Source: Dehalococcoidia bacterium (GTDB lineage: Bacteria; Chloroflexota; Dehalococcoidia; UBA2979). Taken from it: a DNA stretch of 44,466 nucleotides. The position numbers and the translations under genes are program-made. The DNA lies in assembly GCA_030684635.1 (NCBI GenBank), contig JAUXUW010000247.1, forward strand, positions 1 through 44,466, given 5' to 3'. Of this stretch, positions 8,064 to 16,886 are shown piece by piece. Within the stretch, counting starts at the first letter, position 1; every line of letters begins with the position of its first letter. The notes under the pieces were generated by a model. That model did no database searches and was not told the DNA's origin. It saw only the letters and a program-made list of their open reading frames with translations.

Positions 8064-9122
8064 ATGCTTCGTCGCATCTTCCTGTCTGGCTTCCTGTTGC
8101 TTGCCGCGTTCACCGTTGCCTGTTCCGGCGACGAGACGCCTGCCACCACGCCCACGCCCACCGCCTCGGCGGGGACGGTGACCGAGGTGGCGGCGACCCC
8201 CACCCCAGAGCCACGCACGATCACGTTCATGGCCGGCTTCCGCCCGCAGGCGAACCTGCCGTTCGCCGCGGTCTACGTCGCCGAGGCGGAGGGGTTCTTC
8301 GCCGAGGAGGGGCTGACGGTCAACATCCAGCACTCGTCCGGGCAGGATGAGCACCTGAAGTTCCTGCTGGAGGGTTCCGTGACCGTCACCACCGGCACCG
8401 CCGCGCAGGCGGTGCGGCGTGTGGAGCAGGACCTGCCCGTGGTCGCGGTCGCGCTCTTCGGCCAGCGTGGCGACCAGGGCTACGTCGCGAAGGCGGACGC
8501 CGGTATTACCGGCCCGGCGGACTTCCGGGGAAGGTCGGTGGGCTTCAAGGCCGGTGTGGTCCCGGCCGAACTCCTCGCGATGCTCGGCGGCGTTGGGCTG
8601 ACCCCGGACGACATCGAACTCGTAAGCGTCGGCTTCGACCCGCGCGTGTTTATCGAGGGCCAGGTGGATATCTACCCGGTGTTCCTGAACAACGAGCCAG
8701 ACACGATCCGCCGTGCCGGCACGGAGATCGCCGTTATCGACCCGCACGACTTCGACGTGCCGACGCTGGGCCTCACCTACCTGGTCACGCGCCAGACGCT
8801 GGCGGACGGCGACCTCGTGGAGCGCTTCCTGCGCGCGACGATGCGGGCGACCGCGTGGATCGAGGCGAACCCGGACGCCGCCGTGGCGATCGTCCTGAAG
8901 CACGCCGAGGGTGCGGACGCGGCGCACCAGCGCTTCCTGTTGGACACCGAGCTCGCGAACGCGCGGCGCGATGGTGGTATGGGGCGCGCCTCGCTCGACC
9001 AGTGGCGGGCGCTCGCCGACCTGCTGCTGCAGTACGAGGTCATCACCTCGGAGGTAGACGTAGCGCAGGTCTTCGACGGCGCGGTGATCGACGGGCTCTA
9101 CGAGCGTGGCGAGATTAGGTAA
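8064..9122 (+). CDS. ABC transporter substrate-binding lipoprotein (NMT1/THI5-SsuA-like)
   Basis: There is a lipoprotein signal with lipobox (LLLAAFTVAC-SG). The mature part resembles NMT1/SsuA-type binding proteins and the gene sits immediately after the cognate ATPase and permease. Confidence 0.75.
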   Translation: MLRRIFLSGFLLLAAFTVACSGDETPATTPTPTASAGTVTEVAATPTPEPRTITFMAGFRPQANLPFAAVYVAEAEGFFAEEGLTVNIQHSSGQDEHLKFLLEGSVTVTTGTAAQAVRRVEQDLPVVAVALFGQRGDQGYVAKADAGITGPADFRGRSVGFKAGVVPAELLAMLGGVGLTPDDIELVSVGFDPRVFIEGQVDIYPVFLNNEPDTIRRAGTEIAVIDPHDFDVPTLGLTYLVTRQTLADGDLVERFLRATMRATAWIEANPDAAVAIVLKHAEGADAAHQRFLLDTELANARRDGGMGRASLDQWRALADLLLQYEVITSEVDVAQVFDGAVIDGLYERGEIR

Positions 9123-9142
9123 GGGCCCGGCGGCCGGCGGCG

Positions 9143-10762
9143 CTAGAAGACCGAGATCGTACCGACGCCGATGACCTTGCCGTCGGCGTGGAGTTCGAAC
9201 TCCCAGGTGCCGGCCTGGATCGGCTGGTCGCCCAGGTAGCCCACCCAGAACCGGGCACTCTCGCCCTCGGTCCACCGGATCGAGGGCGACGTGTATACGG
9301 GCTGGTTGTCCCGGAAGACCACCCACTGAAGCCGGCCGACGCTGCCCATGCCGCTCAGGTCGAAGATCGCGATTAACTGCGGCGCCGTCGCGTACGCGCC
9401 GATCGAGATGTTGCCCTCGGGCGTCACGGTCGTCGCCCCCGCGACCCCGATGGCCGTGGGTGTGTTCGAGGCCGTGACCGTGCCGCCGATGTTGACGGAG
9501 GCGGAGGCGCGCCGGGCGCCGTTCACCCAGACCTCCACGCGCCAGAGTCCGCGCGGGATACCGGCGGCGCCGGGCGACTGGATGCGGTCACTGATCAGCC
9601 CGTAGCCCGACTGGTCCCACACGAACGATGAGGAGAGCGAGTCCTGGAGGACGCTCTCCAGGTACCAGCGCTCTTCGACGGACGCGCCGATCGGGGCGCC
9701 CACGATCGAGTACTCGTAGTACAGGGCCGCCAGGCCCTCGTTGAAACGCGTGCCGTAGTCCAGCAGATCCCGGCCGCCGGCGGAGTCGACCGCATTTCCG
9801 GCGAAGGCAGGACGGCTCACCCAGATCCCATCCGGGGCGACGGTGGTGCCGCGGTAGAGCGGGGCGTTGAACGCGGCGGAGGAGGATCGTGCGCGGTCGA
9901 TAACCGGCGCTAGCAGGTCGCCCGGCCGTACCTGGCCGACCTCGCCGAGTGGGACGTAGATCTCCTGCGCCAGCATGCCGACGAGGGCGCCCGACTGGTC
10001 GAAGGCGGGGCCGCCCGAAGCACCGGCCGGGAGCCGGGCGTCCACCTTGAACCAGGTTCGCCCCGTCTGGCCCGCCTCGCCGCGCTGCCCGGTGACCTTG
10101 GCATTCGTGACGCTCACGGCGTCCGGGCCCTCTGAACCCCCGGCGTGGCTGAACAGCCGCAGTGGGACCCCCGTGTTGATGCCGGTAGCCTGGCCCGGGA
10201 CGACGGCAGGAATCTCCAGCGCGCCCACGCTCCCACCATCGCCCACCCGGCCCACGACGCGGAGCACAGCGACGCCCATGTCCACGTCTGCTGCAGCGAC
10301 CTCGGCCGTGAAGGTGCGGGTGGCAGGCGCGCCCGGATCGTCGTTGATGGCGATTTCGATCGAGGTATAGGCGCGGGAGCCGTCCGCGCGATATGGCGCG
10401 ACGACGGCGTAGGAGGTGAGGATCAACCGCTGTTCCGCGTCCACCACCACGCCGGAGCCGTACCGAGCGATCTGCTCAAAGCCCGCGCTCGTGTCGATGC
10501 CCAGCACCTGCACGACGGAGCGGGCCAGTTCATGGTCGGGGATGGCGGCGGCGGGCGTCCCGCCGGCGCCCACGTTCAGGCCCGGGGTCACGAGGATGGG
10601 GGTGGACTCCGCGGCCGGCGTTGGCGGCGGCGTACGCGGGTCGTCCGCGTTGCCCGGGATCAGCTCCGCGGTACGGTCGCAACCAACGAGGGCCAGCGCC
10701 GAGATCAGCGCCAGCCCCGTGAGAAGCCGTCGGAGGGATCGTGTCAGCCGCATCGCGTGCAA
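9143..10762 (-). CDS. Secreted trypsin-like (S1) serine protease lipoprotein with a C-terminal extension
   Basis: Lipobox LALVGC. The chymotrypsin-fold region has an active-site Ser context (GASGGPAFDQSGALVGM). About 240 C-terminal residues appear to form two related beta-rich modules, ending GLWRVEVWVNG... and GTWEFELHADG... Confidence 0.7.
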   Translation of the reverse strand: MHAMRLTRSLRRLLTGLALISALALVGCDRTAELIPGNADDPRTPPPTPAAESTPILVTPGLNVGAGGTPAAAIPDHELARSVVQVLGIDTSAGFEQIARYGSGVVVDAEQRLILTSYAVVAPYRADGSRAYTSIEIAINDDPGAPATRTFTAEVAAADVDMGVAVLRVVGRVGDGGSVGALEIPAVVPGQATGINTGVPLRLFSHAGGSEGPDAVSVTNAKVTGQRGEAGQTGRTWFKVDARLPAGASGGPAFDQSGALVGMLAQEIYVPLGEVGQVRPGDLLAPVIDRARSSSAAFNAPLYRGTTVAPDGIWVSRPAFAGNAVDSAGGRDLLDYGTRFNEGLAALYYEYSIVGAPIGASVEERWYLESVLQDSLSSSFVWDQSGYGLISDRIQSPGAAGIPRGLWRVEVWVNGARRASASVNIGGTVTASNTPTAIGVAGATTVTPEGNISIGAYATAPQLIAIFDLSGMGSVGRLQWVVFRDNQPVYTSPSIRWTEGESARFWVGYLGDQPIQAGTWEFELHADGKVIGVGTISVF

Positions 10763-10877
10763 CCGTACCTCCCGCGTACCCGGAGTGGCCAGTGACCGGG
10801 GATGCGTGGGCGATTGCGTGCGTGGTGGCGCGCTAGACTGCGGCGGGGCGCCTGGGAGGCGTCGCAGGGAGGGCCAG

Positions 10878-11684
10878 ATGGATTACGAAGCAATCCTCTA
10901 CGACGTCCAGGATCGGGTCGCGACGATCACGTTGAACCGTCCGGAGCGGATGAACGCCTTTAGCGACGAACTGCTGACGGAGTGGGCAGACGCCATCTGG
11001 CGTGCCGCGAAGGACGAGGGCGTCCGCGCGGTGATCGTCACAGGAGCAGGCCGCGCGTTCTGTGCCGGGGCGGATCTCCGGGCTTCCGGGGCGGAAGACC
11101 GCGTGCTCATGGCGGACCGCAACGCCGGTGAGCGCCGTAATTCGCTGAGGTACTCCGTGCACCAGGTGCCTCGGGCGGTGCAGTACCTGGACAAGCCCTA
11201 CATCGCCGCGGTGAACGGCGCGGCGGTGGGGGCGGGGATGGACATGGCCTCCCAGGCAGACATCCGCATCGCCTCCGACCAGGCGCGCTTCGCGATGTCA
11301 TACGTGAACGTGGGCCTGATCCCCGGCGACGGAGGCGCCTGGATGCTGCCTCGCCTGGTCGGCGTCCAGAAGGCGCTGGAGTTGATCTGGTCGGGCGAGA
11401 TGCTGACCGCGGCGCAGGCGCTGGAGATCGGCTACGTCATGAAGGTGGTCCCCCATGACGATCTGATGACGGAGGCGCGCGCCTTCGCGATGCGCCTGGC
11501 CGAGGGGCCGCCGGTCGCCATGCAGCTGGCGAAGCGCCTCGTCTACCGCGGCCTGGACCAGTCCTTCGTCGAAGGCCTGGAGGCGGCGCAGGCGGCGATG
11601 ACGATCGTCCAGTCGACGGAGGACTCACGCGAAGGGCCGAAGGCGTTCCGCGAGAAGCGGAAGCCCGACTTCCAGGGACGATGA
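10878..11684 (+). CDS. Enoyl-CoA hydratase/isomerase (crotonase) family protein
   Basis: MDYEAILYDVQDRVATITLNRPERMNAF..., oxyanion region FCAGADL and ...AAVNGAAVGAGMDMA are present. The ATG at 10878 is preceded by GGGAGGG. Confidence 0.85.
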   Translation: MDYEAILYDVQDRVATITLNRPERMNAFSDELLTEWADAIWRAAKDEGVRAVIVTGAGRAFCAGADLRASGAEDRVLMADRNAGERRNSLRYSVHQVPRAVQYLDKPYIAAVNGAAVGAGMDMASQADIRIASDQARFAMSYVNVGLIPGDGGAWMLPRLVGVQKALELIWSGEMLTAAQALEIGYVMKVVPHDDLMTEARAFAMRLAEGPPVAMQLAKRLVYRGLDQSFVEGLEAAQAAMTIVQSTEDSREGPKAFREKRKPDFQGR

Positions 11685-11796
11685 ATCGGCCTGGCGACCG
11701 TTCGACTCGTTAGCAGTCGCTTCACGAGTTGCTCACTGGGGCTTGACCACTGAGCCCGATGATGCCCTCCTGAAGGTCTTCCGATGGAGGATGGTC

Positions 11797-12918
11797 ATGT
11801 CACAACCCTGGGTCCAGAAGGTCGGCATCGGTTCGCTCATCGTGGCGTCCATGCTCGTCGGTGGGGTCGTTACGGCACTGGTCGCCGGGGATGGCGGCGG
11901 CACGGGCGCGCCAGCCGTGGTCAGCGCGACCGCAGCGACCGAGGGCACCGTCCAGAACAGCGGTGACGTGGCCGCCGCTTCCCTGCCCGACCTGATCGCC
12001 GATGTGCGTCGCTCGGTGGTGGTCGTCACCGCCAGTGGAGGCGGCAACGCCACGAGCGGTGGGACCGGCTCGGTCATCGACCGTGATGGCCACATCCTCA
12101 CGAACTTCCACGTGATCGAGGGCATGTCGAACCTGAAGGTGACGCTGGCGGACGGCACCGCGGCCGTCGCGACTGTTGTCGGCACGGACCCGGGGAGCGA
12201 CCTGGCCGTCCTGAAGGTCGACCTGCCGTCCCACCTCCTGATCCCGGTGCGCATGGCCGACTCGGATCGCGTCCGCGTGGGTGACTCGGTGTTCGCGATT
12301 GGCCACCCGTTCGGCCAGAACTTCACGGTCACGTCCGGCATCATTAGCGCCACCGGTCGGGTCACGGAGTCCGCGTTCACCGGGCGAGGGATTCGGGATG
12401 TCCTGCAGGTGGACGCAGCCGTCAACCCGGGCAACTCCGGTGGCCCGCTGTTCAACGGTGCTGGCGAGATGGTCGGTGTGAACACCTCGATCGAGAACCC
12501 CAACGGCCGCTTCTTCGTCGGCCTGGGCTTCGCGGTCCCATCTAATACCGTGCTGCGTTTCCTGCCGGCGATGATCGCCGGCGAGACGATCGAGCACCCG
12601 CAACTGGGCGTCAGCGTACAGGCACTGGACGATGTGAACGCGGCGACTTTCGGGGTCAGCACGTCGCGAGGGCTGTACGTCCTACAGGTGACCGCAGGCT
12701 CGGCTGCGGAACGCGCGGGCGTCCTGCCCGGCTCCACCGGCTCCGGTCAGGGTGGCGACGTCATCCTCGCGATCAATGGTGAGGCGATGGAGTCGTTCGA
12801 AGCGCTGGCCCGCGTCATTGACCGCTCAGAGGTCGGTGACGTCGTCGCGCTCCGTGTCCGCCGGGGCACGGAGGAGCTGACGCTGGAGGCGACACTGCAG
12901 CCGTGGGACCTGCGATGA
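11797..12918 (+). CDS. htrA: HtrA/DegP-family serine protease with PDZ domain
   Basis: There is an N-terminal TM anchor. The catalytic triad contexts are ILTNFHVI, SDLAVLKV and GNSGGPLF, and a C-terminal PDZ is present (GLYVLQVTAGSAAERAGV...GDVILAINGE). GGAGG lies 6 nt before ATG 11797. In-frame alternative starts exist at 11791 and 11743. Confidence 0.85.
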   Translation: MSQPWVQKVGIGSLIVASMLVGGVVTALVAGDGGGTGAPAVVSATAATEGTVQNSGDVAAASLPDLIADVRRSVVVVTASGGGNATSGGTGSVIDRDGHILTNFHVIEGMSNLKVTLADGTAAVATVVGTDPGSDLAVLKVDLPSHLLIPVRMADSDRVRVGDSVFAIGHPFGQNFTVTSGIISATGRVTESAFTGRGIRDVLQVDAAVNPGNSGGPLFNGAGEMVGVNTSIENPNGRFFVGLGFAVPSNTVLRFLPAMIAGETIEHPQLGVSVQALDDVNAATFGVSTSRGLYVLQVTAGSAAERAGVLPGSTGSGQGGDVILAINGEAMESFEALARVIDRSEVGDVVALRVRRGTEELTLEATLQPWDLR

Positions 12919-12950
12919 CTGCTGCCGACTGAATGAGTCTCCTGGACGTG

Positions 12951-12979
12951 GACGGCCCCGGCACGTCGCCGGGGCCGTC
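12951..12979. terminator. Bidirectional terminator-like hairpin between convergent htrA and cobU
   Basis: GACGGCCCCGGC-acgtc-GCCGGGGCCGTC is a perfect 12-bp stem. Confidence 0.55.
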
Positions 12980-12985
12980 TGCATG

Positions 12986-13549
12986 TCAGGACTCGCCCGG
13001 TGGGGGTAGAGCAAGTGCGCGGCCCGCGACCAGCAGCCACGCGCGGTCGGCGGCGCGCGAGACCTGCTGGTTCACCCGTCCCAGCAGGTCTCGGTAGATC
13101 CGTCCCAGCGCGTACTCCGGGACGATCGCGCTGCCGACCTCGTTCGTGACGAAGATGATCGGCCCGCCGCGACGGCGCGCGGCCTCCAGCACCGCCGAGG
13201 TCTGTGCGTCCAGCGCGTGCTCCAGCGCCTCGACCGCCTCGCCCGAGGGGGCGTCGCCACCGAGGTCGAAGAGGTGGTTTGCCACCCAGAGCGAGAGGCA
13301 GTCGACGAGTACCGCGTCACCGTCGGGTTCGGCGGCAATCGTCTCGGCAAGGGCGCGGGGCGCCTCTACGGTGCGCCAGGTGGACGGACGTTGCGCGCGA
13401 TGCCGTTCTACGCGGGCGCGCAGTTCGTCGTCGCCGGCTTCCATAGTGGCCAGGTAGGTGACGGGCAGGCCGGTGCGGGCGGCGAGACGTTCGGCGTAGG
13501 TGGATTTTCCGCTGCGCGCGCCGCCAGTGACGAAGTCGATCTGTCCCAT
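12986..13549 (-). CDS. cobU: Adenosylcobinamide kinase / adenosylcobinamide-phosphate guanylyltransferase
   Basis: MGQIDFVTGGARSGKSTYAE is a P-loop. The size (187 aa) and the ...IFVTNEVG... motif are typical of CobU/CobP. Confidence 0.85.
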   Translation of the reverse strand: MGQIDFVTGGARSGKSTYAERLAARTGLPVTYLATMEAGDDELRARVERHRAQRPSTWRTVEAPRALAETIAAEPDGDAVLVDCLSLWVANHLFDLGGDAPSGEAVEALEHALDAQTSAVLEAARRRGGPIIFVTNEVGSAIVPEYALGRIYRDLLGRVNQQVSRAADRAWLLVAGRALALPPPGES

Positions 13550-13558
13550 CCAGCGGGC

Positions 13559-14332
13559 CTAGAAGAGCGCTGCCGTCGCCCAGCCGCGTTCGACCGAGGC
13601 GATGACCGCAAACCAGACCACGACCTGCGCGACCTCGATCCCCGCGCCGAAGACATCGCCGGTCACGCCGTGGATCAGGCGGGACGCCGCACCCGCGATC
13701 AGGACCGCGGCGACGCCCGCGATGAGGACGAGGACGAGGCCGGCGACGCCAAACGTTGTTCCCGCGACCGCAAGGGCGGTCAGCGTGGCGATGGGCGCGG
13801 CGGTGGGCCACAGCCCGGCGTGGATCGAGTGACCGAGGCCGCGCGGACGGGCGGGGTGGAAGAGCGCGCCGACCGGCACGACCGTCCAGCGGGCAAGCAC
13901 GGGCGCGACGATCAGCGCAGCGGCGCGCGCGTCCGGCGGGAGCGAGGAGATCGCGGCCCACTCCGCCAGAAGCACGAGCACCAGCGCCATCACGCCGGCC
14001 GGGCCGGTGTTGCCCTCGCTCATCACGCCCAGGCGCTCGGCGCGGTCGCCCTGCACCGCCATGCCGTCCGCGGTGTCCGCGACGCCGTCCAGGTGGAGGC
14101 CGCCCGACACGAGCGCAAGCACGGCGACCAGCAGCGCCGCGGCCGGGGCGGGCGGGAGCAACTCGGTGAGCCCACGGTCCAGCAGGGCGAGGACGCCACC
14201 GATCAGCAGGCCGATGAGCGGATACCACCCCAGCGCCTGCGCGAACGTACGGTCGTCGTAGGTCTGCACGCGGCGCAGGCGCAGCGGCGTGAGGAACTCG
14301 AGGGCGATCGGGATCGCGGCCAGTGTGCGCAC
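13559..14332 (-). CDS. cobS: Adenosylcobinamide-GDP ribazoletransferase (cobalamin synthase)
   Basis: 257-aa polytopic membrane protein with an N-terminal FLTPLRL-type motif and HLDGVADTADG, characteristic of CobS. Confidence 0.85.
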   Translation of the reverse strand: MRTLAAIPIALEFLTPLRLRRVQTYDDRTFAQALGWYPLIGLLIGGVLALLDRGLTELLPPAPAAALLVAVLALVSGGLHLDGVADTADGMAVQGDRAERLGVMSEGNTGPAGVMALVLVLLAEWAAISSLPPDARAAALIVAPVLARWTVVPVGALFHPARPRGLGHSIHAGLWPTAAPIATLTALAVAGTTFGVAGLVLVLIAGVAAVLIAGAASRLIHGVTGDVFGAGIEVAQVVVWFAVIASVERGWATAALF

Positions 14333-14334
14333 GC

Positions 14335-15429
14335 TCAGGCCTCCGGCTCGATGACCTCGTCGGAATCGGACACGCCCGCCTCCGCGAACGTCGCCATCTC
14401 GTCCAGCAGCCGGCAGGCGGCGACGCAGAGCGACATCCCCAGGGCTGCGCCACTGCCTTCGCCCAGGCGCATCCCCAGGTCCAGCAGGGGTTCCAGGCGC
14501 AGATGCTCAAGCGTCGCGGCGTGTCCGGGCTCGGCCGAGCGGTGCGAGGCGATGAACACCCCCCGTGCGTCCGGCGCGATCGCTTCCGCGATCAGCGCCG
14601 CCGCGCCGGAGATCACGCCATCGATCACCGCCGGCACGCGAGCCGCCGCCGCGCCGAGGTACACGCCGGCCAGGACGCCGATCTCGAAACCGCCGATGCC
14701 TGCAAGCATGCCGATGCCGTCCGTCGGGTCGGGCTGGTTCACCTCCAGCGCGCGCTCAATGACACGCACCTTGCGGTCGTACCGCTCGTCGTCGACGCCG
14801 GTCCCGCGGCCGGTGACGGCACGGGGCGGGCGCCCCGTGGCCGTGGCGATGATGGCGGCGGCTGGCGTGGTGTTGCCGATCCCCATCTCACCGAGGGCGA
14901 CGATGTCGCAGCCGGCGGCGTGTTCCGCCTGGAAGAGCGCGATGCCCTCCGCGACTGCGCGCTCGGCGAGGGCGCGGCTCATCGCCGGGCCCTCTGTGAT
15001 GTCGGCGGTACCGGGGCCGAGGCGGAGGCGGATCAGGTCGGGGTGCATCGGGGTATCAAGGGCGACGCCAGCGTCCACGATGCGCACGCGTGCGCCCGCG
15101 TGTGCGGCCAGCACGTTGATCGCGGCACCGCCCGCCAGGAAGTTGCCCACCATCTGCACGGTGACCTCGGCGGGGTAGGCGGAGACACCCTGCGCCGTCA
15201 CGCCGTGGTCGCCCGCCGCGACGATTACCACGCGGTGGTCGAGGCGGGGACGCTCCTGTCCCGTGATCCCGGCGATGCGCGTGGCCAGGTCCTCCAGACG
15301 TCCCAGCGACCCCGGCGGTTTCGTGAGCTGGCCCTGTCGCGACTCGGCGCGGGTGATCGCCACCGTGTCCGCCGGGCGGATCGAGGCGGCCGTCTCGCGG
15401 ATCAGGGCGGCGTGGTCGGTCGTGGGCAT
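14335..15429 (-). CDS. cobT: Nicotinate-nucleotide--dimethylbenzimidazole phosphoribosyltransferase
   Basis: LTKPPGSLGRLEDLA lies about 35 aa after the ATG at 15429, and GEMGIGNTTPAAAI is present. The ORF-track extension to 16254 runs antisense through the GNAT gene and is rejected. Confidence 0.85.
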   Translation of the reverse strand: MPTTDHAALIRETAASIRPADTVAITRAESRQGQLTKPPGSLGRLEDLATRIAGITGQERPRLDHRVVIVAAGDHGVTAQGVSAYPAEVTVQMVGNFLAGGAAINVLAAHAGARVRIVDAGVALDTPMHPDLIRLRLGPGTADITEGPAMSRALAERAVAEGIALFQAEHAAGCDIVALGEMGIGNTTPAAAIIATATGRPPRAVTGRGTGVDDERYDRKVRVIERALEVNQPDPTDGIGMLAGIGGFEIGVLAGVYLGAAAARVPAVIDGVISGAAALIAEAIAPDARGVFIASHRSAEPGHAATLEHLRLEPLLDLGMRLGEGSGAALGMSLCVAACRLLDEMATFAEAGVSDSDEVIEPEA

Positions 15430-15659
15430 GGCGGCGTTTCGGCTGGTAACGGTGTCGGAGGGCCAGTGTACCCGCCCGACCGACCTCGGGCTGCGCCCGT
15501 TGACGGAGGCACGGTGCCATCCGTAGGCTCGCGGCATGACGGACGTGGTACCCGGTACGACGCGCGCGACGACTGCTGGCGCCCTGGTGGCGACGGCTGA
15601 GCGGGCGCGTGGCGTGGGGGTCTCGGCCGGTAGGTAGCAGCAGCACCGCCAGCAGCCGA

Positions 15660-15683
15660 ACGGCCCGTCAGACGACGGGCCGT
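15660..15683. promoter_or_regulatory. Perfect 10-bp hairpin/palindrome in the cobT / GNAT divergent intergenic region
   Basis: ACGGCCCGTC-agac-GACGGGCCGT. It has no T tract on either strand. It lies about 35 nt upstream of the GNAT start and about 230 nt upstream of cobT. Confidence 0.4.
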
Positions 15684-15717
15684 CTGCGTTACTGGCGTGC
15701 GGAGCGGGAGGGCAACC

Positions 15718-16296
15718 GTGCCGATCAAGGGTGAGTTGATCCGCCTGAGACCGCTGGAGCCGGCGGATGCGGAGCGCTACGTCCGGTGGCTGAACGACCC
15801 GGAGGTGACCCGCACGCTGGCCGTCCGCTTCCCCCTGGGCTCGGAGCCCGAGCGCGCGATCATCGAGCGGATGGCGAAGCATGCCGGCTACCGGGACGTG
15901 AACTTCGCGATCGAGGTCCGTGAGACCGGCGAGCACATTGGCACGGTGGGCGTCAGCGACTCCTACCGGGAGAGCCGGTGGGGCACGTTGGGCATCGTGA
16001 TCGGCGCGAAGGAGCACTGGGGCCGGGGCTACGGGGAGGACGCGCTCCGCGAGATGCTGCGCTTCGCCTTCTGGGAGATGAACCTGGACACCGTCCGGCT
16101 GGAGGTCTACGCGAGCAACGCCCGCGCCCGCGACCTCTACGAGCGGGTCGGGTTCGTGGTGGAGGGGCGGAAGCGGGCCGCTGTGCTCCGCGGCGGCGAG
16201 CAGATTGATGTGGATGTGATGTCGGTGACGCGCGAGGAGTTCGAGGCGCAGCACGGGGCGCCGCCGGACCTGCGGGAGCGGAAGGTGCTCCCGTGA
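15718..16296 (+). CDS. GNAT family N-acetyltransferase (RimJ/RimL-like)
   Basis: IRLRPLEPADAERYVRWLNDPEV... and the acetyl-CoA region HWGRGYGEDALREML...RVGF are present. GTG 15718 is preceded by GGGAGGG. An upstream GTG at 15697 is also possible. Confidence 0.8.
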   Translation: MPIKGELIRLRPLEPADAERYVRWLNDPEVTRTLAVRFPLGSEPERAIIERMAKHAGYRDVNFAIEVRETGEHIGTVGVSDSYRESRWGTLGIVIGAKEHWGRGYGEDALREMLRFAFWEMNLDTVRLEVYASNARARDLYERVGFVVEGRKRAAVLRGGEQIDVDVMSVTREEFEAQHGAPPDLRERKVLP

Positions 16297-16886
16297 CCTC
16301 CTCGCCGATCACGCTGCCCTCGCTGATCCGGGGGGACCTGGTCCGCCTGGTGCCCGCGGAATTGTGGATGGCGCCGCGCTTCGCCGCGTGGATGAACGAG
16401 CCGGACACGGTGCACCTGATGGGTGGCGTCGCCTACCCCATCTCGCTTGCCGCGGAGGAGGACTGGGTACGTACCCGCCTGGAGTCGTCGTGGGACGACG
16501 GCGTGTTCCTGGCGATCGAGGCGATCGACGGCTCGGAGGCGCTCGTCATCGGGACGATCGAACTGCGCCACCTCAACGCGGAGGCGCGGCGCGGGGAGGT
16601 CGGGATCCTCATCGGCGAGCCCGAGTACCGCGGGGGTGGCTACGGCACGGAGGCGACGGCGTTGCTGTGCGGGTTCGCCTTCGCCGAACTCGGCCTCCAA
16701 CGGATCGAACTGAATACGTCCGAGTTCAACACACGCGCGGTGCGGGCCTACGAGAAGGTCGGCTTCGTCCTCGAAGGTCGCCAGCGGCGGCGCACCCACA
16801 TCGCCGGCCGCTACTACGACGTACTGCTGATGGGGCTGCTGCGCGAAGAGTTCCGGGGCGCGCCATCCCGCGAGCCACGGCCGTGA
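16293..16886 (+). CDS. GNAT family N-acetyltransferase (RimJ/RimL-like), paralogue of the preceding gene
   Basis: The GTG start overlaps the previous stop (GTGA). VRLVPAELWMAPRFAAWMNEPD..., YRGGGYGTEATALL and ...KVGF are present. Confidence 0.8.
   Translation: MTSSPITLPSLIRGDLVRLVPAELWMAPRFAAWMNEPDTVHLMGGVAYPISLAAEEDWVRTRLESSWDDGVFLAIEAIDGSEALVIGTIELRHLNAEARRGEVGILIGEPEYRGGGYGTEATALLCGFAFAELGLQRIELNTSEFNTRAVRAYEKVGFVLEGRQRRRTHIAGRYYDVLLMGLLREEFRGAPSREPRP

Noticed and set aside
7737-9326. 529-aa minus-strand ORF across the permease end and the binding-protein gene
   Set aside because: It is antisense to two well-supported ABC transporter genes. The product is low-complexity and Arg/Gly/Pro-rich.
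13217-15178. 653-aa plus-strand ORF spanning cobU-cobS-cobT
   Set aside because: It is antisense to three genes with clear cobalamin-pathway motifs. The sequence is dominated by R/A/G/D repeats.
15430-15660. Cobalamin riboswitch in the cobT leader
   Set aside because: Only partial resemblances were found: AGCCGAAACGCCGCC against the B12 box, and GGGTACACTGGCC against the CACUG element. I could not find the GGGAA / GGUG..AA.CC core, so I do not call it as a feature. It needs a covariance-model search.
15430-16254. N-terminal extension of the cobT ORF (the ORF track gives 14335-16254, 639 aa)
   Set aside because: The extension runs antisense through the GNAT gene. The conserved LTKPPGSLGRLE motif sits at the normal distance (about 35 aa) from the ATG at 15429, so the extension is not coding.
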